The notes under the pieces: generated by a model
The model's input: the letters and a program-made list of their open reading frames with translations, nothing else
Databases searched by the model: none
What the model was told of the DNA's origin: nothing
Shown here: positions 45,102 to 57,547 of the stretch, piece after piece
Layout: every line of letters begins with the position of its first letter
Position numbering within the stretch: the first letter of the stretch is position 1
Source: Candidatus Omnitrophota bacterium
GTDB taxonomy: Bacteria > Omnitrophota > Gorgyraeia > Pluralincolimonadales > Pluralincolimonadaceae
NCBI GenBank assembly: GCA_003141835.1
Contig: PLNR01000002.1
Coordinates: forward strand, 14,026-78,025
Direction: 5' to 3'
Length of the DNA: 64,000 nt
Position numbers and translations under genes: made by a program

Positions 45102-46975
45102 AATACGCGCACCTTATACCGCTATTCCCGTTCATGGCTTTCGCCATAAACATCTTCTTCGGGCGCAGGCTCAAAAAGGCGAGCGCGTTCGTTTCCATAG
45201 CCGCTTCCTCTATTGCCCTGCTTATTGCGGCCGTAACCTTCATCGGGAATTCAAACGGCGAGGGCTCATACAGCGTAGTGAAATGGGTATTCTTAAACGG
45301 CGTCCCGCTCGATTTCGGGGTCACGATAGATCCGCTCACCTGCATGATGCTGCTGGTCGTCACTATCGTAGGGACGCTGATACAGATATATTCCATGGGG
45401 TATATGCATGACGACGCGAGGTTCTCGAGGTTCTTCGCGTACATGTCGCTCTTTATGGGCTCGATGCTCGGCTTATTGCTGGCCGATAATTTCGTCATGC
45501 TCTATATATTCTGGGAGGGCGTCGGCCTTTGCTCATATCTTTTGATATCGTTCTGGTTCGAGAAGCCGGCGGCAGCGAAGGCCGGCATGAAAGCGTTCAT
45601 AACGACCAGGATAGGCGACACCGGGCTCCTGATAGGCATACTGCTCCTCTTCTTCTCGACAAAAACCCTGTATTTCAGGGACTTGGCAGGCCTCGCGATA
45701 AACGATACCACGATCACGGCCGTCGGCATCCTCATATTCTGCGGCGCAATAGGAAAATCTGCGCAATTCCCCCTGCATGTCTGGCTGCCTGACGCGATGG
45801 AAGGCCCGACGCCGGTCTCGGCGTTGATACACGCGGCTACGATGGTCGCGGCAGGCGTATACCTTATCGCGCGCTGCTACGGGCTGTTCATCTCCCACCA
45901 CGCCGCCCTTGTTACGGTCGCCTATGTCGGCGCGATAACCGCATTCATGGCCGCCTCGATCGCATTGGTAAACAACGACATAAAACGCATACTCGCTTAC
46001 TCGACGATAAGCCAATTAGGGCTCATGATGCTGGGCCTCGGCGTCGGCGGTCTCGAGGCAGGCACTTTCCATCTAATGACGCACGCGTTCTTCAAGGCCC
46101 TGCTCTTCCTTTGCGCCGGAAGCATCATACATTCGATACACGTGGATGATGACCCGGCGATACATACCCAGGACATACGCAAGATGGGCGGGCTCTTCCC
46201 GAAAATGAGGATAACGGGCACGACGTTTATAATCGCCGGCCTGGCTATCGCAGGAATACCTCCGTTATCCGGCTTCTGGTCTAAGGATGAACTCCTCTCC
46301 GAGATAATAAATACCGGCCATCCGGTGTTGTTTGCCGTCGCATCGCTTACAAGCCTGATGACGGCGTTCTATATCTTCCGCCTTATCTTCCTCGTCCTCT
46401 TCGGTAAGATGAGGCCCGGCGTGCGCGTCCATGAATCGCCGTATGTGATGACGGTCCCCTTAAGCGTCCTCGCGGTATTTTCCGTGGTTGCCGGATTTTT
46501 CAGGCCGATGCGCCCTGACTTCCTCACTATGGGAGTATCAACGGCGGTAGCCGTCATCGGGATAGGCCTCGCCTATTCTTTTTACATACTCAACAACAAG
46601 ATACTCTCGGCCGACATACGCTCCAGGTTCGCTTTCCTTTACAGGCTGCTCTCTAATAAATATTATATAGACGAGATATACGAGGCGGTATTCATAAAAC
46701 CCTGCTTCCGGATCGCGGAGTCGGCCGCCAGGTTCGACCTGGGCGTGGTGGACGGGGCGGTGAACCTCACGGCGCGCATCTCCGTCGTCGCGAGCAAGAT
46801 ACAGTCCTGGTTCGACCTCTATATCGTCGACGGGATAGTGAACATGATCGCGAATATCACGTGGCTCTGCTCCGCAATATTCCGCAGGCTCCAGACCGGC
46901 CTCGTGCAAAATTACATACTGATAGCGTTCTTCGGACTGGCAATAATAATACTGATAAAATTGATAGGAGGTTAG
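45095..46975 (+). CDS. nuoL: NADH-quinone oxidoreductase subunit L
   Basis: 626 aa, antiporter-like, with a C-terminal amphipathic arm. Confidence 0.85.
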   Translation: MVKYAHLIPLFPFMAFAINIFFGRRLKKASAFVSIAASSIALLIAAVTFIGNSNGEGSYSVVKWVFLNGVPLDFGVTIDPLTCMMLLVVTIVGTLIQIYSMGYMHDDARFSRFFAYMSLFMGSMLGLLLADNFVMLYIFWEGVGLCSYLLISFWFEKPAAAKAGMKAFITTRIGDTGLLIGILLLFFSTKTLYFRDLAGLAINDTTITAVGILIFCGAIGKSAQFPLHVWLPDAMEGPTPVSALIHAATMVAAGVYLIARCYGLFISHHAALVTVAYVGAITAFMAASIALVNNDIKRILAYSTISQLGLMMLGLGVGGLEAGTFHLMTHAFFKALLFLCAGSIIHSIHVDDDPAIHTQDIRKMGGLFPKMRITGTTFIIAGLAIAGIPPLSGFWSKDELLSEIINTGHPVLFAVASLTSLMTAFYIFRLIFLVLFGKMRPGVRVHESPYVMTVPLSVLAVFSVVAGFFRPMRPDFLTMGVSTAVAVIGIGLAYSFYILNNKILSADIRSRFAFLYRLLSNKYYIDEIYEAVFIKPCFRIAESAARFDLGVVDGAVNLTARISVVASKIQSWFDLYIVDGIVNMIANITWLCSAIFRRLQTGLVQNYILIAFFGLAIIILIKLIGG

Positions 46976-46976
46976 A

Positions 46977-48461
46977 ATGCCCTTTCCCTTATTGACGTCG
47001 ATAATCTTCCTGCCGCTCCTCGGCGGCCTGCTCATACTATTTACGCCGAAAGAGAGGACCGGGACGATCAAGGCGATAGCCACGGCTGCCACGGGACTGG
47101 CCCTGCTTTTGGCCGTTGCCCTGGTCCTGAAATTCGATTGCGGGAATACGGCTATGCAGTTTTCCGAGAAGATGCCATGGATAAATGCTGGACAGATGAA
47201 CGTAAATTACCACCTCGGCGTCGACGGGATAAGCATCGGCCTTGTATTCCTGTCCGCGCTCCTGGGTTTCTTCGCCTGCATCGGCTCCTACGGGATAAAA
47301 GAACGCCAGAAGGAATACTATTTCCTGTACCTCCTGCTGAATACCGGCCTGCTCGGGACGTTTTTGGCGCTCGACCTCTTCCTCTTCTATGTATTCTGGG
47401 AGATAGTCCTGGTGCCGATGTATTTCCTGATAGGGATATGGGGAGGGCCGAGGAAAGAATACGCGGCGATCAAGTTCTTCATATATACCCTGGCCGGTTC
47501 GGTATTCATGCTCCTTTCGATACTGGCGCTTTATTTCACGTCGAACCCCCACACATTCAGCATGCTCGAGCTCGCAAATAGCGGAAGTACGCTGGCAAGG
47601 GGTTTCCAGATAGCGTTATTCGTCGGATTTTACCTGGCTTTTGCCATCAAGGTCCCGGTCTTCCCGTTCCATACGTGGTTGCCTGACGCGCATGTCGAGG
47701 CGCCTACGCCGATAAGCGTACTGCTTGCCGGCGTCCTCCTTAAGATGGGCGGGTACGGCTTTTTCAGGATAAGCTTCCCGATATTAAAGGACGCGGCGAT
47801 ATACTTCGCGCTTCCCTTTGCAATACTCGGGCTGATAAATATCGTTTACGGCGCGTTCGTGGCCATGGCGCAGACGGATTTCAAGAAGATGGTCGCGTAT
47901 TCGTCGGTAAGCCACATGGGTTTCGTGATGCTCGGCCTCGCAAGCATGACCGTTACCGGGTTTAACGGCGCGCTGATGCAGATGTTCAACCACGGCGTGA
48001 TAACCGGCGGCATGTTCCTCCTCGTCGGCGTCCTCTACGACCGGGCGCACACCAGGGACCTCGACAAGTTCGGCGGGCTAGGCGTAAAAATGCCGGTCTA
48101 CGCGGGCATCCTTACGGTCTTTACGCTCGCCTCGCTCGGCCTGCCCGGGTTGAGCGGTTTCGTGAGCGAGTTCATGTCGTTGATGGGCGGCTTCGCCGCG
48201 TTCAGGCTGATAACCATAATATCGGTCCTCGGGATGGTAATAACCGCCGGATATTTCCTCTATATGATACAGCGCGTATTATTGGGGCCGTTTAACCAGA
48301 AATGGTCGAATATAACCGACATAAGCAGGCGCGAGGTATTCACGCTCGCCCCGCTGATGACCTTGATGATAGCTATCGGCGTATATCCCCTGCTGATACT
48401 TAACTTCCAGTCCCCGGCGATAATCAATCTGATACAGCATATCGGAGGAAAGTTATTTTGA
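46977..48461 (+). CDS. nuoM: NADH-quinone oxidoreductase subunit M
   Basis: 494 aa, antiporter-like (FPFHTWLPDAH). Confidence 0.85.
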   Translation: MPFPLLTSIIFLPLLGGLLILFTPKERTGTIKAIATAATGLALLLAVALVLKFDCGNTAMQFSEKMPWINAGQMNVNYHLGVDGISIGLVFLSALLGFFACIGSYGIKERQKEYYFLYLLLNTGLLGTFLALDLFLFYVFWEIVLVPMYFLIGIWGGPRKEYAAIKFFIYTLAGSVFMLLSILALYFTSNPHTFSMLELANSGSTLARGFQIALFVGFYLAFAIKVPVFPFHTWLPDAHVEAPTPISVLLAGVLLKMGGYGFFRISFPILKDAAIYFALPFAILGLINIVYGAFVAMAQTDFKKMVAYSSVSHMGFVMLGLASMTVTGFNGALMQMFNHGVITGGMFLLVGVLYDRAHTRDLDKFGGLGVKMPVYAGILTVFTLASLGLPGLSGFVSEFMSLMGGFAAFRLITIISVLGMVITAGYFLYMIQRVLLGPFNQKWSNITDISRREVFTLAPLMTLMIAIGVYPLLILNFQSPAIINLIQHIGGKLF

Positions 48462-49903
48462 GCGTGTTACTCAGCGTAAAATATTTTTTGCCTGAAATAG
48501 CGTTGACCGGGTTCGCTGTCGCTGTCCTCCTCCTGGGTCTTTTTATAAAAAAGAGGATGGTCCTCGGCCCGTTCTGCCTGCTCGGGATATTGTGCGCGGT
48601 CCTGCTCATGCCGCAAAGCTACAAGGCGACATCGCCTCTCTTCTCAGGCATGCTCATCAACGACTCGTTCTCCGAGTTCTTCAAGGAGATCGTATTTCTC
48701 GTCGCCGGCCTCGTCATCCTCGTCTCGATGGGGTACAGGGTGTTTTCCGACGAGGACGCCGGAGAGTACTATTTCCTCCTCCTCGCCGTATCCGTGGCGA
48801 TGATGATAGCCGCCTCGTCGAATAACCTCATGATGATATATATCGCCCTCGAAGCGGTCTCGCTCATATCTTATATCCTCGTCGGCTTCCTGAAGAGGGA
48901 CCGGCATTCGAGCGAAGCGGGCCTGAAATATTTCCTCTTCGGCGCTCTCGCGACCGGCGTGATGCTTTACGGCATATCTTTCATATACGGCCTCTTCGGC
49001 ACGACCGACCTAGCGGTCATAAGCCAGCTCCTGGCAGCAGGAAATGTTAATATTTTCGCTTCGACGATATCTTTACTGTTGATACTCGCGGGGTTGAGTT
49101 TCAAATGCGCCCTCGTGCCGTTCCATATGTGGGTGCCGGACGCTTATCAGGGCGCGCCGACGCCCATAACCGCGTTCATATCAGCCGGGCCGAAGGCGAT
49201 AGGTTTCGCGATACTCATACGCGTATTCCTCAAGAATTTTTTCCCGCTATTCCCGGCATGGTCCGAGTTGGTCTCCGTCATCGCGATAATAACGATGACC
49301 GCGGGAAATATCCTCGCAATAAACCAGGAGGATATAAAGAGGATGCTGGCGTACTCGTCCATAGCCCAGGCCGGATACATATTGATCGGGTTTGTCGTCG
49401 GGACGGCTCTCGGCATACAGGGCATGATGTTCTACATACTCGCTTACGTATTGATGAACATCGGCGCGTTCGGCTGCGTGGTACTCATATCGAACGGCCT
49501 AAAGAGCGACCGTATCGAAGAATACTCCGGCCTCTCGAAACGGGAACCGGTCCTGGCATTCCTCCTGGCCGTCTTCCTCCTCTCGCTTGCAGGGATCCCG
49601 CCGCTGGCGGGCTTCTTCGGGAAATTCCTCGTTTTTGCGGCCGCGATACAATCCAGGTATTACATCCTGGCAATAGCGGCCGTGGCAAACAGCGTCCTGG
49701 CGGTCTATTATTACGTCAAAGTCATCAAATTCATGTATCTCGATGAGCCGCGCGCGGGAACACCCGTATCTGCACGGCCTGTTTTCGGCGCAACCGGGTC
49801 CATGGCCGTAAAACTCGCCCTGATAATAGCCCTTGCCGGGATACTTGTCGCAGGCCTATTCCCCGGCCTTTTCATCGGATGGATATCAGCGTCGTTACTT
49901 TAG
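48458..49903 (+). CDS. nuoN: NADH-quinone oxidoreductase subunit N (TTG/GTG start)
   Basis: 481 aa, antiporter-like (VPFHMWVPDAYQG). Confidence 0.8.
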   Translation: MSVLLSVKYFLPEIALTGFAVAVLLLGLFIKKRMVLGPFCLLGILCAVLLMPQSYKATSPLFSGMLINDSFSEFFKEIVFLVAGLVILVSMGYRVFSDEDAGEYYFLLLAVSVAMMIAASSNNLMMIYIALEAVSLISYILVGFLKRDRHSSEAGLKYFLFGALATGVMLYGISFIYGLFGTTDLAVISQLLAAGNVNIFASTISLLLILAGLSFKCALVPFHMWVPDAYQGAPTPITAFISAGPKAIGFAILIRVFLKNFFPLFPAWSELVSVIAIITMTAGNILAINQEDIKRMLAYSSIAQAGYILIGFVVGTALGIQGMMFYILAYVLMNIGAFGCVVLISNGLKSDRIEEYSGLSKREPVLAFLLAVFLLSLAGIPPLAGFFGKFLVFAAAIQSRYYILAIAAVANSVLAVYYYVKVIKFMYLDEPRAGTPVSARPVFGATGSMAVKLALIIALAGILVAGLFPGLFIGWISASLL

Positions 49904-49911
49904 GAGATGCA

Positions 49912-51042
49912 ATGAAGAAAGCGTGCCTTTTTGTCCTCCTTCTTCTCGCTACGGCCTGGCTTCCCCTGCCTGCGGGCGCGGATACCGTTAAACTTAAGAA
50001 AGACGGTAATCTCACCGGCATTATCAAGCAGGAAGACGAGACCTCGATCACCCTGCAAATAGGCATGGGCACGATGAGGATACAAAAAAGCGAAATAGAG
50101 TCTATCCATAAAGCCGGTGAAAAAGAGAACGATATCCTGGAAGGCTCCTTCAGGAAGGCCGCCATAGAAAGGGGGACTTTCGTGCCGCAGGGGCTGGAGG
50201 CAATGGCGGAAAAATTAAAGGATATAGCCGGCAACAGGAGGAGTGTCGACGGCGCCAAGTCCAGGCTCGAGTCCCTGAGGCAAAAGCTCGACGACGATAC
50301 CGATAAATTCAGGTCGCTCAGGGCCGATTTCGACAAAAAGAATGCGGAAGTGCACGGGATGGACCCGAAAAGCGACGTCACGCAGTATAACGGCCTTATT
50401 ACCGAGCTTAACATGGCGAGCGTCAGGATCTCTGCGCTCTCGGAAGAGCTGAACAAGATAAACCCGAAGGTCTCGGAATACCAGGCTGCATACTGGAAGG
50501 CGATAACCGAGTACGGCAACGAGATCGGGGACCTCGAAATATACATCGATAAGACGGATGAAACCCTCAAAAAGCGCGGGATGGCCGACGACGAATCCCT
50601 TTACATCGAAACCGTGAGGAAATCGCTCGCTGACCTGCAGAGGACCTTGAACAGGGACACGGTCGCGGTCTCAAAAACCGACCACGGCATGACGGTAAAA
50701 GCGGTGCTTAACGGCGAGGTCACGTGCCTTTTGGCCGTCGATACAGGCGCGGCCGTAGTTGTGATAACTAAATCGCTCGCAGACAGGCTTGAGATAAATC
50801 CCAACGATTCGCAGGAAGACGTGCAATTCATGCTTGCCGACGGCAGTATCATAAAAAGCAAGGTTGTCAAGATAAAGAGCGTAAGGGTCGGTAACTCCAC
50901 GATACATGATGTCGCGGCGGCTGTCACGGATAAGGCGCCCGGCGCGGGAGTGGACGGGCTCTTGGGCATGTCCTTCCTGGGCAACTTCAACATCAAGATG
51001 GATGTCGCGAACGGGCAGCTGGTGCTGGAAACGATAAAATAA
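49912..51042 (+). CDS. secreted protein with C-terminal retropepsin-like (clan AA, DTG) aspartyl protease domain
   Basis: Signal peptide MKKACLFVLLLLATAWLPLPAGA. A central coiled-coil. The C-terminus has LLAVDTGAAVVVI...GVDGLLGMSFLGNFNIKMD. Confidence 0.65.
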   Translation: MKKACLFVLLLLATAWLPLPAGADTVKLKKDGNLTGIIKQEDETSITLQIGMGTMRIQKSEIESIHKAGEKENDILEGSFRKAAIERGTFVPQGLEAMAEKLKDIAGNRRSVDGAKSRLESLRQKLDDDTDKFRSLRADFDKKNAEVHGMDPKSDVTQYNGLITELNMASVRISALSEELNKINPKVSEYQAAYWKAITEYGNEIGDLEIYIDKTDETLKKRGMADDESLYIETVRKSLADLQRTLNRDTVAVSKTDHGMTVKAVLNGEVTCLLAVDTGAAVVVITKSLADRLEINPNDSQEDVQFMLADGSIIKSKVVKIKSVRVGNSTIHDVAAAVTDKAPGAGVDGLLGMSFLGNFNIKMDVANGQLVLETIK

Positions 51043-51079
51043 CCGTCGGTTGAAAATGTCCTTTCCAATGTGATATAAT

Positions 51080-51346
51080 ATGCATACTGAAGACAGGAAA
51101 AAGGCGGATTTTTACAAGTGGACGAAGATATGGGGGCTTATTTCCTTTGTGCCCGTCGTCCTGGCCGCAGGACCTCTCGCAGGATACTTCCTGGGTGACT
51201 ATTTAGAGAAGAAGATCGGGCACGCGCCTTACCTGTCCCTCGTCTGCTTGGCGCTCGGTTTTTTCACGAGCATAAGGGAGATAATAAAAATATTGAAGCT
51301 CGTCCAGAAGACGGACGCGAAGCCGGATAAACCCGAAAAACCGTAA
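51080..51346 (+). CDS. atpZ: AtpZ/AtpI-like small membrane protein preceding the ATP synthase operon
   Basis: 88-aa, two-TM protein immediately upstream of atpB. Confidence 0.55.
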   Translation: MHTEDRKKADFYKWTKIWGLISFVPVVLAAGPLAGYFLGDYLEKKIGHAPYLSLVCLALGFFTSIREIIKILKLVQKTDAKPDKPEKP

Positions 51347-52098
51347 TGATAGAGACGCACGCAGCACAACCCGAACTGCAAAACTTCATCGGCCTTCTCG
51401 CGGAGAAGCTCGAGGGCACCCCTTTTGCGCATTTCCTCCTTATCTGGGAGAATGTGATATTCTCGCTGATAATAGTGGCGATCATATCCCTGCTCGCCTA
51501 TTTCGCCTCGAGAAAGAGCTCGATGATCCCGGGCAGGCTGCAGCTCTTCATGGAATTGCTCGTAGGCGGGCTCGATGATTTTGTCTGCGGAATACTCGGC
51601 CCCGACGGGAAAAGGTTCACCCCGTTCATCGGGACATTGTTTATATATATCCTCTTCATGAACCTCTTCGGGCTCATCCCGTTCTTCAAATCGTCGACGG
51701 CAAACCTTTCGACGACGGTCGCGCTCGCGCTCTGCGTATTCCTCTACGTCCAATATACCGCGGTAAAAGAGAACGGCGTGCTCGGGTATATAGACCACCT
51801 TATGGGCAACCCGCGCGGGATAATCGCCTTTACCGTCTTCATACCGGTGCTCCTCTTCTTTATTCATATAATATCCGAACTTGTAAAACCCTTGAGCCTG
51901 GCGTTACGTCTCCGCAGCAATATCTGGGCAGAGGATATGCTGCTTGCCGTATCGGCGCAATTCGGGATCGGCGGGGTGCCGTTATTCCTGTTCAACATGC
52001 TCTTAGTCATATTAAGCGGTATCATGCAGGCGGTAGTCTTCAGCCTCCTGACCACCGTTTATTTCGCGTTAGTACTGCCGCACCACGAAGAAACATAA
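51346..52098 (+). CDS. atpB: F0F1 ATP synthase subunit a
   Basis: ...LSLALRLRSNIWAEDML..., a conserved Arg-containing helix. 250 aa. Confidence 0.8.
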   Translation: MIETHAAQPELQNFIGLLAEKLEGTPFAHFLLIWENVIFSLIIVAIISLLAYFASRKSSMIPGRLQLFMELLVGGLDDFVCGILGPDGKRFTPFIGTLFIYILFMNLFGLIPFFKSSTANLSTTVALALCVFLYVQYTAVKENGVLGYIDHLMGNPRGIIAFTVFIPVLLFFIHIISELVKPLSLALRLRSNIWAEDMLLAVSAQFGIGGVPLFLFNMLLVILSGIMQAVVFSLLTTVYFALVLPHHEET

Positions 52099-52120
52099 TA
52101 CCTAAACAAGGAGGAAACAA

Positions 52121-52351
52121 ATGGACTACAAGGCAATGCTTTCGATCTCGGTCCCGATAGGGCTGGCGATCGCGGCATTCGGTTCCGCCATCGCGCTCGG
52201 AAGGGCCGTAGCTGCGGCCATGGAAGCGACTGCGAGGCAACCTGAGGCGTCGATGAAGATACTCATCAACATGATCGCGGGTTGCGCGCTTATAGAGGCC
52301 CTCACGATCTACGCTTTAGTGCTCTCTTTCTCTCTTCTCGGAAAGATATGA
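52121..52351 (+). CDS. atpE: F0F1 ATP synthase subunit c
   Basis: 76-aa hairpin with ...ALGRAVAAAMEATARQPE... and the carboxylate in MIAGCALIEALTIYAL. Confidence 0.85.
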   Translation: MDYKAMLSISVPIGLAIAAFGSAIALGRAVAAAMEATARQPEASMKILINMIAGCALIEALTIYALVLSFSLLGKI

Positions 52352-52362
52352 TAGATTAAGAG

Positions 52363-52872
52363 ATGGACCTACTAAAGCTGCTCACGACCAATGAGATAGT
52401 CGCGCAGATAATAAGCTTCCTTCTGCTTATGGCCCTTTTGCGCGTATTCGCCTGGAAGAAGCTCCTTAACCTGCTCGACGAAAGGCGGGCCAGGATAGCC
52501 TCGGAATTCAAGAAGATCGAGGATGCCCAGGCTGCGATCGAGCGGATGAGGGTTGACTACGACAAGAAACTCGCCGGTATCGAGGCTGAGTCCCGCGCCA
52601 GGATACAGGAGGCGATCAACGAGGGGAAACAGGTCTCGCAGGAGATCAGGGAGAACGCGCGGCAGGAAGCCCGCTCCATCCTCGATAAGGCGCAGGAGAA
52701 CATAGAGAACGAGCTCACCAAGGCCAAGCATGAGCTGAAACAAAGGGTCGTCGAACTGACTCTCGGCACGACCGAAAAACTCCTCAAAGAGAAGATATCC
52801 GGAGATAAGGACAAGCAGCTCGCCTCTGATTTCCTCGATGAGCTGGAGAAGGTCAAAGGAGGCGAAGGATGA
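52363..52872 (+). CDS. atpF: F0F1 ATP synthase subunit b
   Basis: N-terminal TM followed by a long charged helix. Confidence 0.75.
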   Translation: MDLLKLLTTNEIVAQIISFLLLMALLRVFAWKKLLNLLDERRARIASEFKKIEDAQAAIERMRVDYDKKLAGIEAESRARIQEAINEGKQVSQEIRENARQEARSILDKAQENIENELTKAKHELKQRVVELTLGTTEKLLKEKISGDKDKQLASDFLDELEKVKGGEG

Positions 52873-53417
52873 GCGACAGGGCCGTCGCGAGAAGATATGC
52901 CGAAGGGTTCCTGGCCTTCTCAAAAGAGACGATTGGCACGAAAAAAGGCCTCGAGGAGATAATCTCTTTCGGCGAGGCCCTGGATAAAAACCCGGAGCTT
53001 TTGAGGTTCATGGAGAATCCGGAGATAACCTATGCCGAAAAATCCGGGTTCGTGGATGCGGCCTTCAAGTCCATCCTCTCTGACGAGACGCGGGGATTCA
53101 TAAAATTGATAATCGAGAAACGCCGCAGCGAAGAAGCGCCCGACATCACGGATGAGGCGAAGATGCTGTACCGCCGCGAAATGGGGATAGAAAAGGCTAT
53201 CATAAAAAGCGCGAAACCGCTGCCGCAGGATATCCTGAAGATGATCAAGGATAAGCTCGAAAGCAAATCGGGCAAGAAGCTCGAATTCGAGATAGCGATA
53301 GACCCCGGCCTCCTCGGCGGCGTGCAGGCGACCGTAGGAAATGTCGTCATAGACGGCTCGGTAAAGAGGAAACTTTCGGAATTGAAGGAATATCTAATGG
53401 AGAGCAAGGTAGACTAA
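52869..53417 (+). CDS. atpH: F0F1 ATP synthase subunit delta (OSCP)
   Basis: Position and size (182 aa). OSCP-like C-terminus. Confidence 0.7.
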   Translation: MSDRAVARRYAEGFLAFSKETIGTKKGLEEIISFGEALDKNPELLRFMENPEITYAEKSGFVDAAFKSILSDETRGFIKLIIEKRRSEEAPDITDEAKMLYRREMGIEKAIIKSAKPLPQDILKMIKDKLESKSGKKLEFEIAIDPGLLGGVQATVGNVVIDGSVKRKLSELKEYLMESKVD

Positions 53418-53418
53418 T

Positions 53419-54954
53419 ATGGCGCTGAGACCCGAAGAAGTCGCTTCAGTTATCAAACAGGAATTGGAAAAATTCAAGTCGAAGATGAAGATGGAGTCTG
53501 TCGGCACGGTCCTCCAGGTCGGCGACGGCATCGCCCGCGTATACGGCCTCGACGACGTGATGGCTGGCGAGCTCGTCGAGCTGCCCGGCGGGATCATGGG
53601 TATGGTCCTAAACCTCGAGGAAGAGAGCGTCGGCATGGTCATCTTCGGCTCGGACGAGAACATAAAGGACGGCGACACGGTCAAGAGGACCGGGAAGATC
53701 GTGCAGGTGCCGGTAGGCAAGGCCCTTATCGGGCGCGTCGTCGACGCATTGGGAAACCCCATAGACGATAAAGGCCCTGTCGTGACAGATAAATTCAGGC
53801 CCGTAGAAGGGCATTCCCCAAACGTCATCCAGCGCCAGCCGGTCAAGGAACCCCTGCAGACTGGGATAAAAGCCATCGATTCGATGATACCCATAGGCCG
53901 CGGCCAGCGCGAACTTATAATCGGAGACAGGCAGATCGGCAAGACCGCGATCGCCATCGATACGATAATCAACCAGAAGGGCAAGGACGTATACTGCATA
54001 TACGTCGCCATAGGGCAAAAGCTTTCCACTATAGTTTCGGTGGCTGAGACACTGGCTAAATACGGTGCCATGGATTATACGGTTATCGTAAGCGCGCCGG
54101 CCGAAGCCCCTGCCCCGCTGCAATACCTGGCCCCGTACGCCGGATGCGCGATGGGCGAGGAGTTCATGTATAATGGCAAACACGCGCTCGTGATATATGA
54201 CGACCTTTCAAAGCACGCGCAGGCGTACAGGCAGCTCTCGCTTTTGTTGAGGCGCCCGCCGGGCCGCGAGGCGTATCCCGGCGACATCTTCTACCTCCAC
54301 TCAAGGCTGCTCGAGCGCGCGGCAAAACTTTCGGATGAACTCGGCGGCGGTTCGCTTACGGCCCTGCCGTTCATCGAGACGCAGGCCGGAGACATAACCA
54401 GCTATATCCCGACGAACGTCATCTCCATCACCGACGGACAGATCTACCTTGAGACCGACCTCTTCTACGCCGGAGTAAGGCCTGCCATAAACGTCGGGCT
54501 TTCGGTATCGCGCGTCGGAGGCAAGGCGCAAACGAAGGCGATGAAAGGCGTCGCCGGAAGGCTGAGGATAGACCTCGCGCAATACCGCGAACTCGTGGCG
54601 TTCGCCCAGTTCGGCTCGGAACTCGACAAGGTGACCCAGGCGCAGCTCACGCGCGGGGAAAGGATGACCGAGATCCTGAAGCAGGGCCAGTACGAGCCCC
54701 TCCCCTTATCAAAGCAGGTCATGATAATCTACGCGGGGACAAAAGGCTATTTCGACGAGATGCCGCTCGACTGGCTGAAGAAATTCGAATCGGATTTCTA
54801 TAAGTTCATGGAACAGAAATACCCTGACGTCGAGCATGAGATAGAGACCAAGAAGGAACTTAGCGACGCGCTGACGAAAAAACTCGATAAGGCAATAATA
54901 GAGTTCAAGAACGAGTTCGTCGAGCCGCTGGTAAAAAATGATACTGTCACTTAG
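53419..54954 (+). CDS. atpA: F0F1 ATP synthase subunit alpha
   Basis: [16 protein letters not shown]-loop. 511 aa. Confidence 0.95.
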   Translation: MALRPEEVASVIKQELEKFKSKMKMESVGTVLQVGDGIARVYGLDDVMAGELVELPGGIMGMVLNLEEESVGMVIFGSDENIKDGDTVKRTGKIVQVPVGKALIGRVVDALGNPIDDKGPVVTDKFRPVEGHSPNVIQRQPVKEPLQTGIKAIDSMIPIGRGQRELIIGDRQIGKTAIAIDTIINQKGKDVYCIYVAIGQKLSTIVSVAETLAKYGAMDYTVIVSAPAEAPAPLQYLAPYAGCAMGEEFMYNGKHALVIYDDLSKHAQAYRQLSLLLRRPPGREAYPGDIFYLHSRLLERAAKLSDELGGGSLTALPFIETQAGDITSYIPTNVISITDGQIYLETDLFYAGVRPAINVGLSVSRVGGKAQTKAMKGVAGRLRIDLAQYRELVAFAQFGSELDKVTQAQLTRGERMTEILKQGQYEPLPLSKQVMIIYAGTKGYFDEMPLDWLKKFESDFYKFMEQKYPDVEHEIETKKELSDALTKKLDKAIIEFKNEFVEPLVKNDTVT

Positions 54955-55843
54955 GCAGATAAAAAGACGGATAAAGAGCGTCGAGAGCACCAAGAAGATA
55001 ACGCGCGCGATGCAGATGGTCTCCACGGCCAAATTCAAGCGCAGTGAGGACGTGCTCTATGTCGGCAGGCCATATTACCTTAAGCTCGATTCGATACTCA
55101 AAAGGCTCATAACCAGCCTTAATCCGGAAGAGCTGAGCATGCATCCGCTCCTCGAGGAAAGGGCCGAGAAGAAAAATATCGCCGTCTGCGTCATAACATC
55201 GGACAGCGGGCTGTGCAGCGTATACAATAATAACATTATCCGCTTAACCGAAGATTTCATAGCGCAGCACGGGAAGGAAAAGGTAAAACTCGTCGCCATC
55301 GGGCGCAAGGGTTTCGCGTATTTCGCCAAACGGGGGGTGAAGATCGCGAAGAGTTACGTCGGGCTCCACGGCCGGTACTCCCCGGAGACCGCCGACGAGA
55401 TCGCCGACGCCCTCGTCGGGATGTTCCTGAGCGGCGAAATTGATGAGATATACATCGCGCATACGCATTTCGGCGCAACGATGAGGTATTACACGAGGGT
55501 GAGGAAATTCCTGAATATAGTCCCAGCCCCCGCCGGAGTCAGGACGGTGGAACCGAAGGAGCCCTCCGAAAAAGAAGGCGGCGTAGAGTTCATCGCCGAG
55601 CCGAGCATAGAAAGAATATTAAAAGACCTCATACCCCGGTATATTTCAGTCAAGATGAGGTTGATACTTCTCGACGCTTTTACTTCCGAGCATTCGGCGA
55701 GGATGATGGCCATGCAGACGGCGACCGATAATGCCGTCGAATTGATCGACAGCCTAACCATGCTGAGGAACAAGGCGCGGCAGGCCTCAATAACCGGCGA
55801 AGTTCTGCAGGTCGCCACGACAGCTGAAGCCTTGAAAGGCTGA
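54938..55843 (+). CDS. atpG: F0F1 ATP synthase subunit gamma
   Basis: [27 protein letters not shown]-terminal helix. Confidence 0.85.
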   Translation: MILSLRQIKRRIKSVESTKKITRAMQMVSTAKFKRSEDVLYVGRPYYLKLDSILKRLITSLNPEELSMHPLLEERAEKKNIAVCVITSDSGLCSVYNNNIIRLTEDFIAQHGKEKVKLVAIGRKGFAYFAKRGVKIAKSYVGLHGRYSPETADEIADALVGMFLSGEIDEIYIAHTHFGATMRYYTRVRKFLNIVPAPAGVRTVEPKEPSEKEGGVEFIAEPSIERILKDLIPRYISVKMRLILLDAFTSEHSARMMAMQTATDNAVELIDSLTMLRNKARQASITGEVLQVATTAEALKG

Positions 55844-57274
<1,431 letters not shown>

Positions 57275-57280
57275 CGACCG

Positions 57281-57547
57281 ATGGCCGAAAGATTATTTAA
57301 AATAAGCATATCTACGCCTGAAAAAACGATATTCGAAGGCGAGATATCGTCGCTTGTGGCGCCGGGCGAGGAGGGTTATTTCGGGGTGCTGGTCGACCAC
57401 GCCCCGCTCATCGCTAACTTAGTACCCGGAAAGATAACTATCAAGGACGGGGGACTTCCTACTATATTCAAGTGTAAAAGTACCGGCATACTCGAAGTCC
57501 TCAAGAACAACGTCAATATCCTGGTGGATTCCGCGGAGCGCGCATGA
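57281..57547 (+). CDS. atpC: F0F1 ATP synthase subunit epsilon, short form (88 aa; beta-sandwich only)
   Basis: The N-terminal beta-sandwich motif is present, but the ORF ends after ~88 aa at a TGA that overlaps the next ATG. Confidence 0.75.
   Translation: MAERLFKISISTPEKTIFEGEISSLVAPGEEGYFGVLVDHAPLIANLVPGKITIKDGGLPTIFKCKSTGILEVLKNNVNILVDSAERA

Noticed and set aside
52121-52351. Na+ versus H+ specificity of the ATP synthase c-subunit.
   Set aside because: The ion-binding helix reads LIEALTIYAL (E, then T at +3, Y at +5). It lacks the canonical adjacent S/T pair of Na+-binding c-rings but is not classic either. It cannot be decided without alignment.
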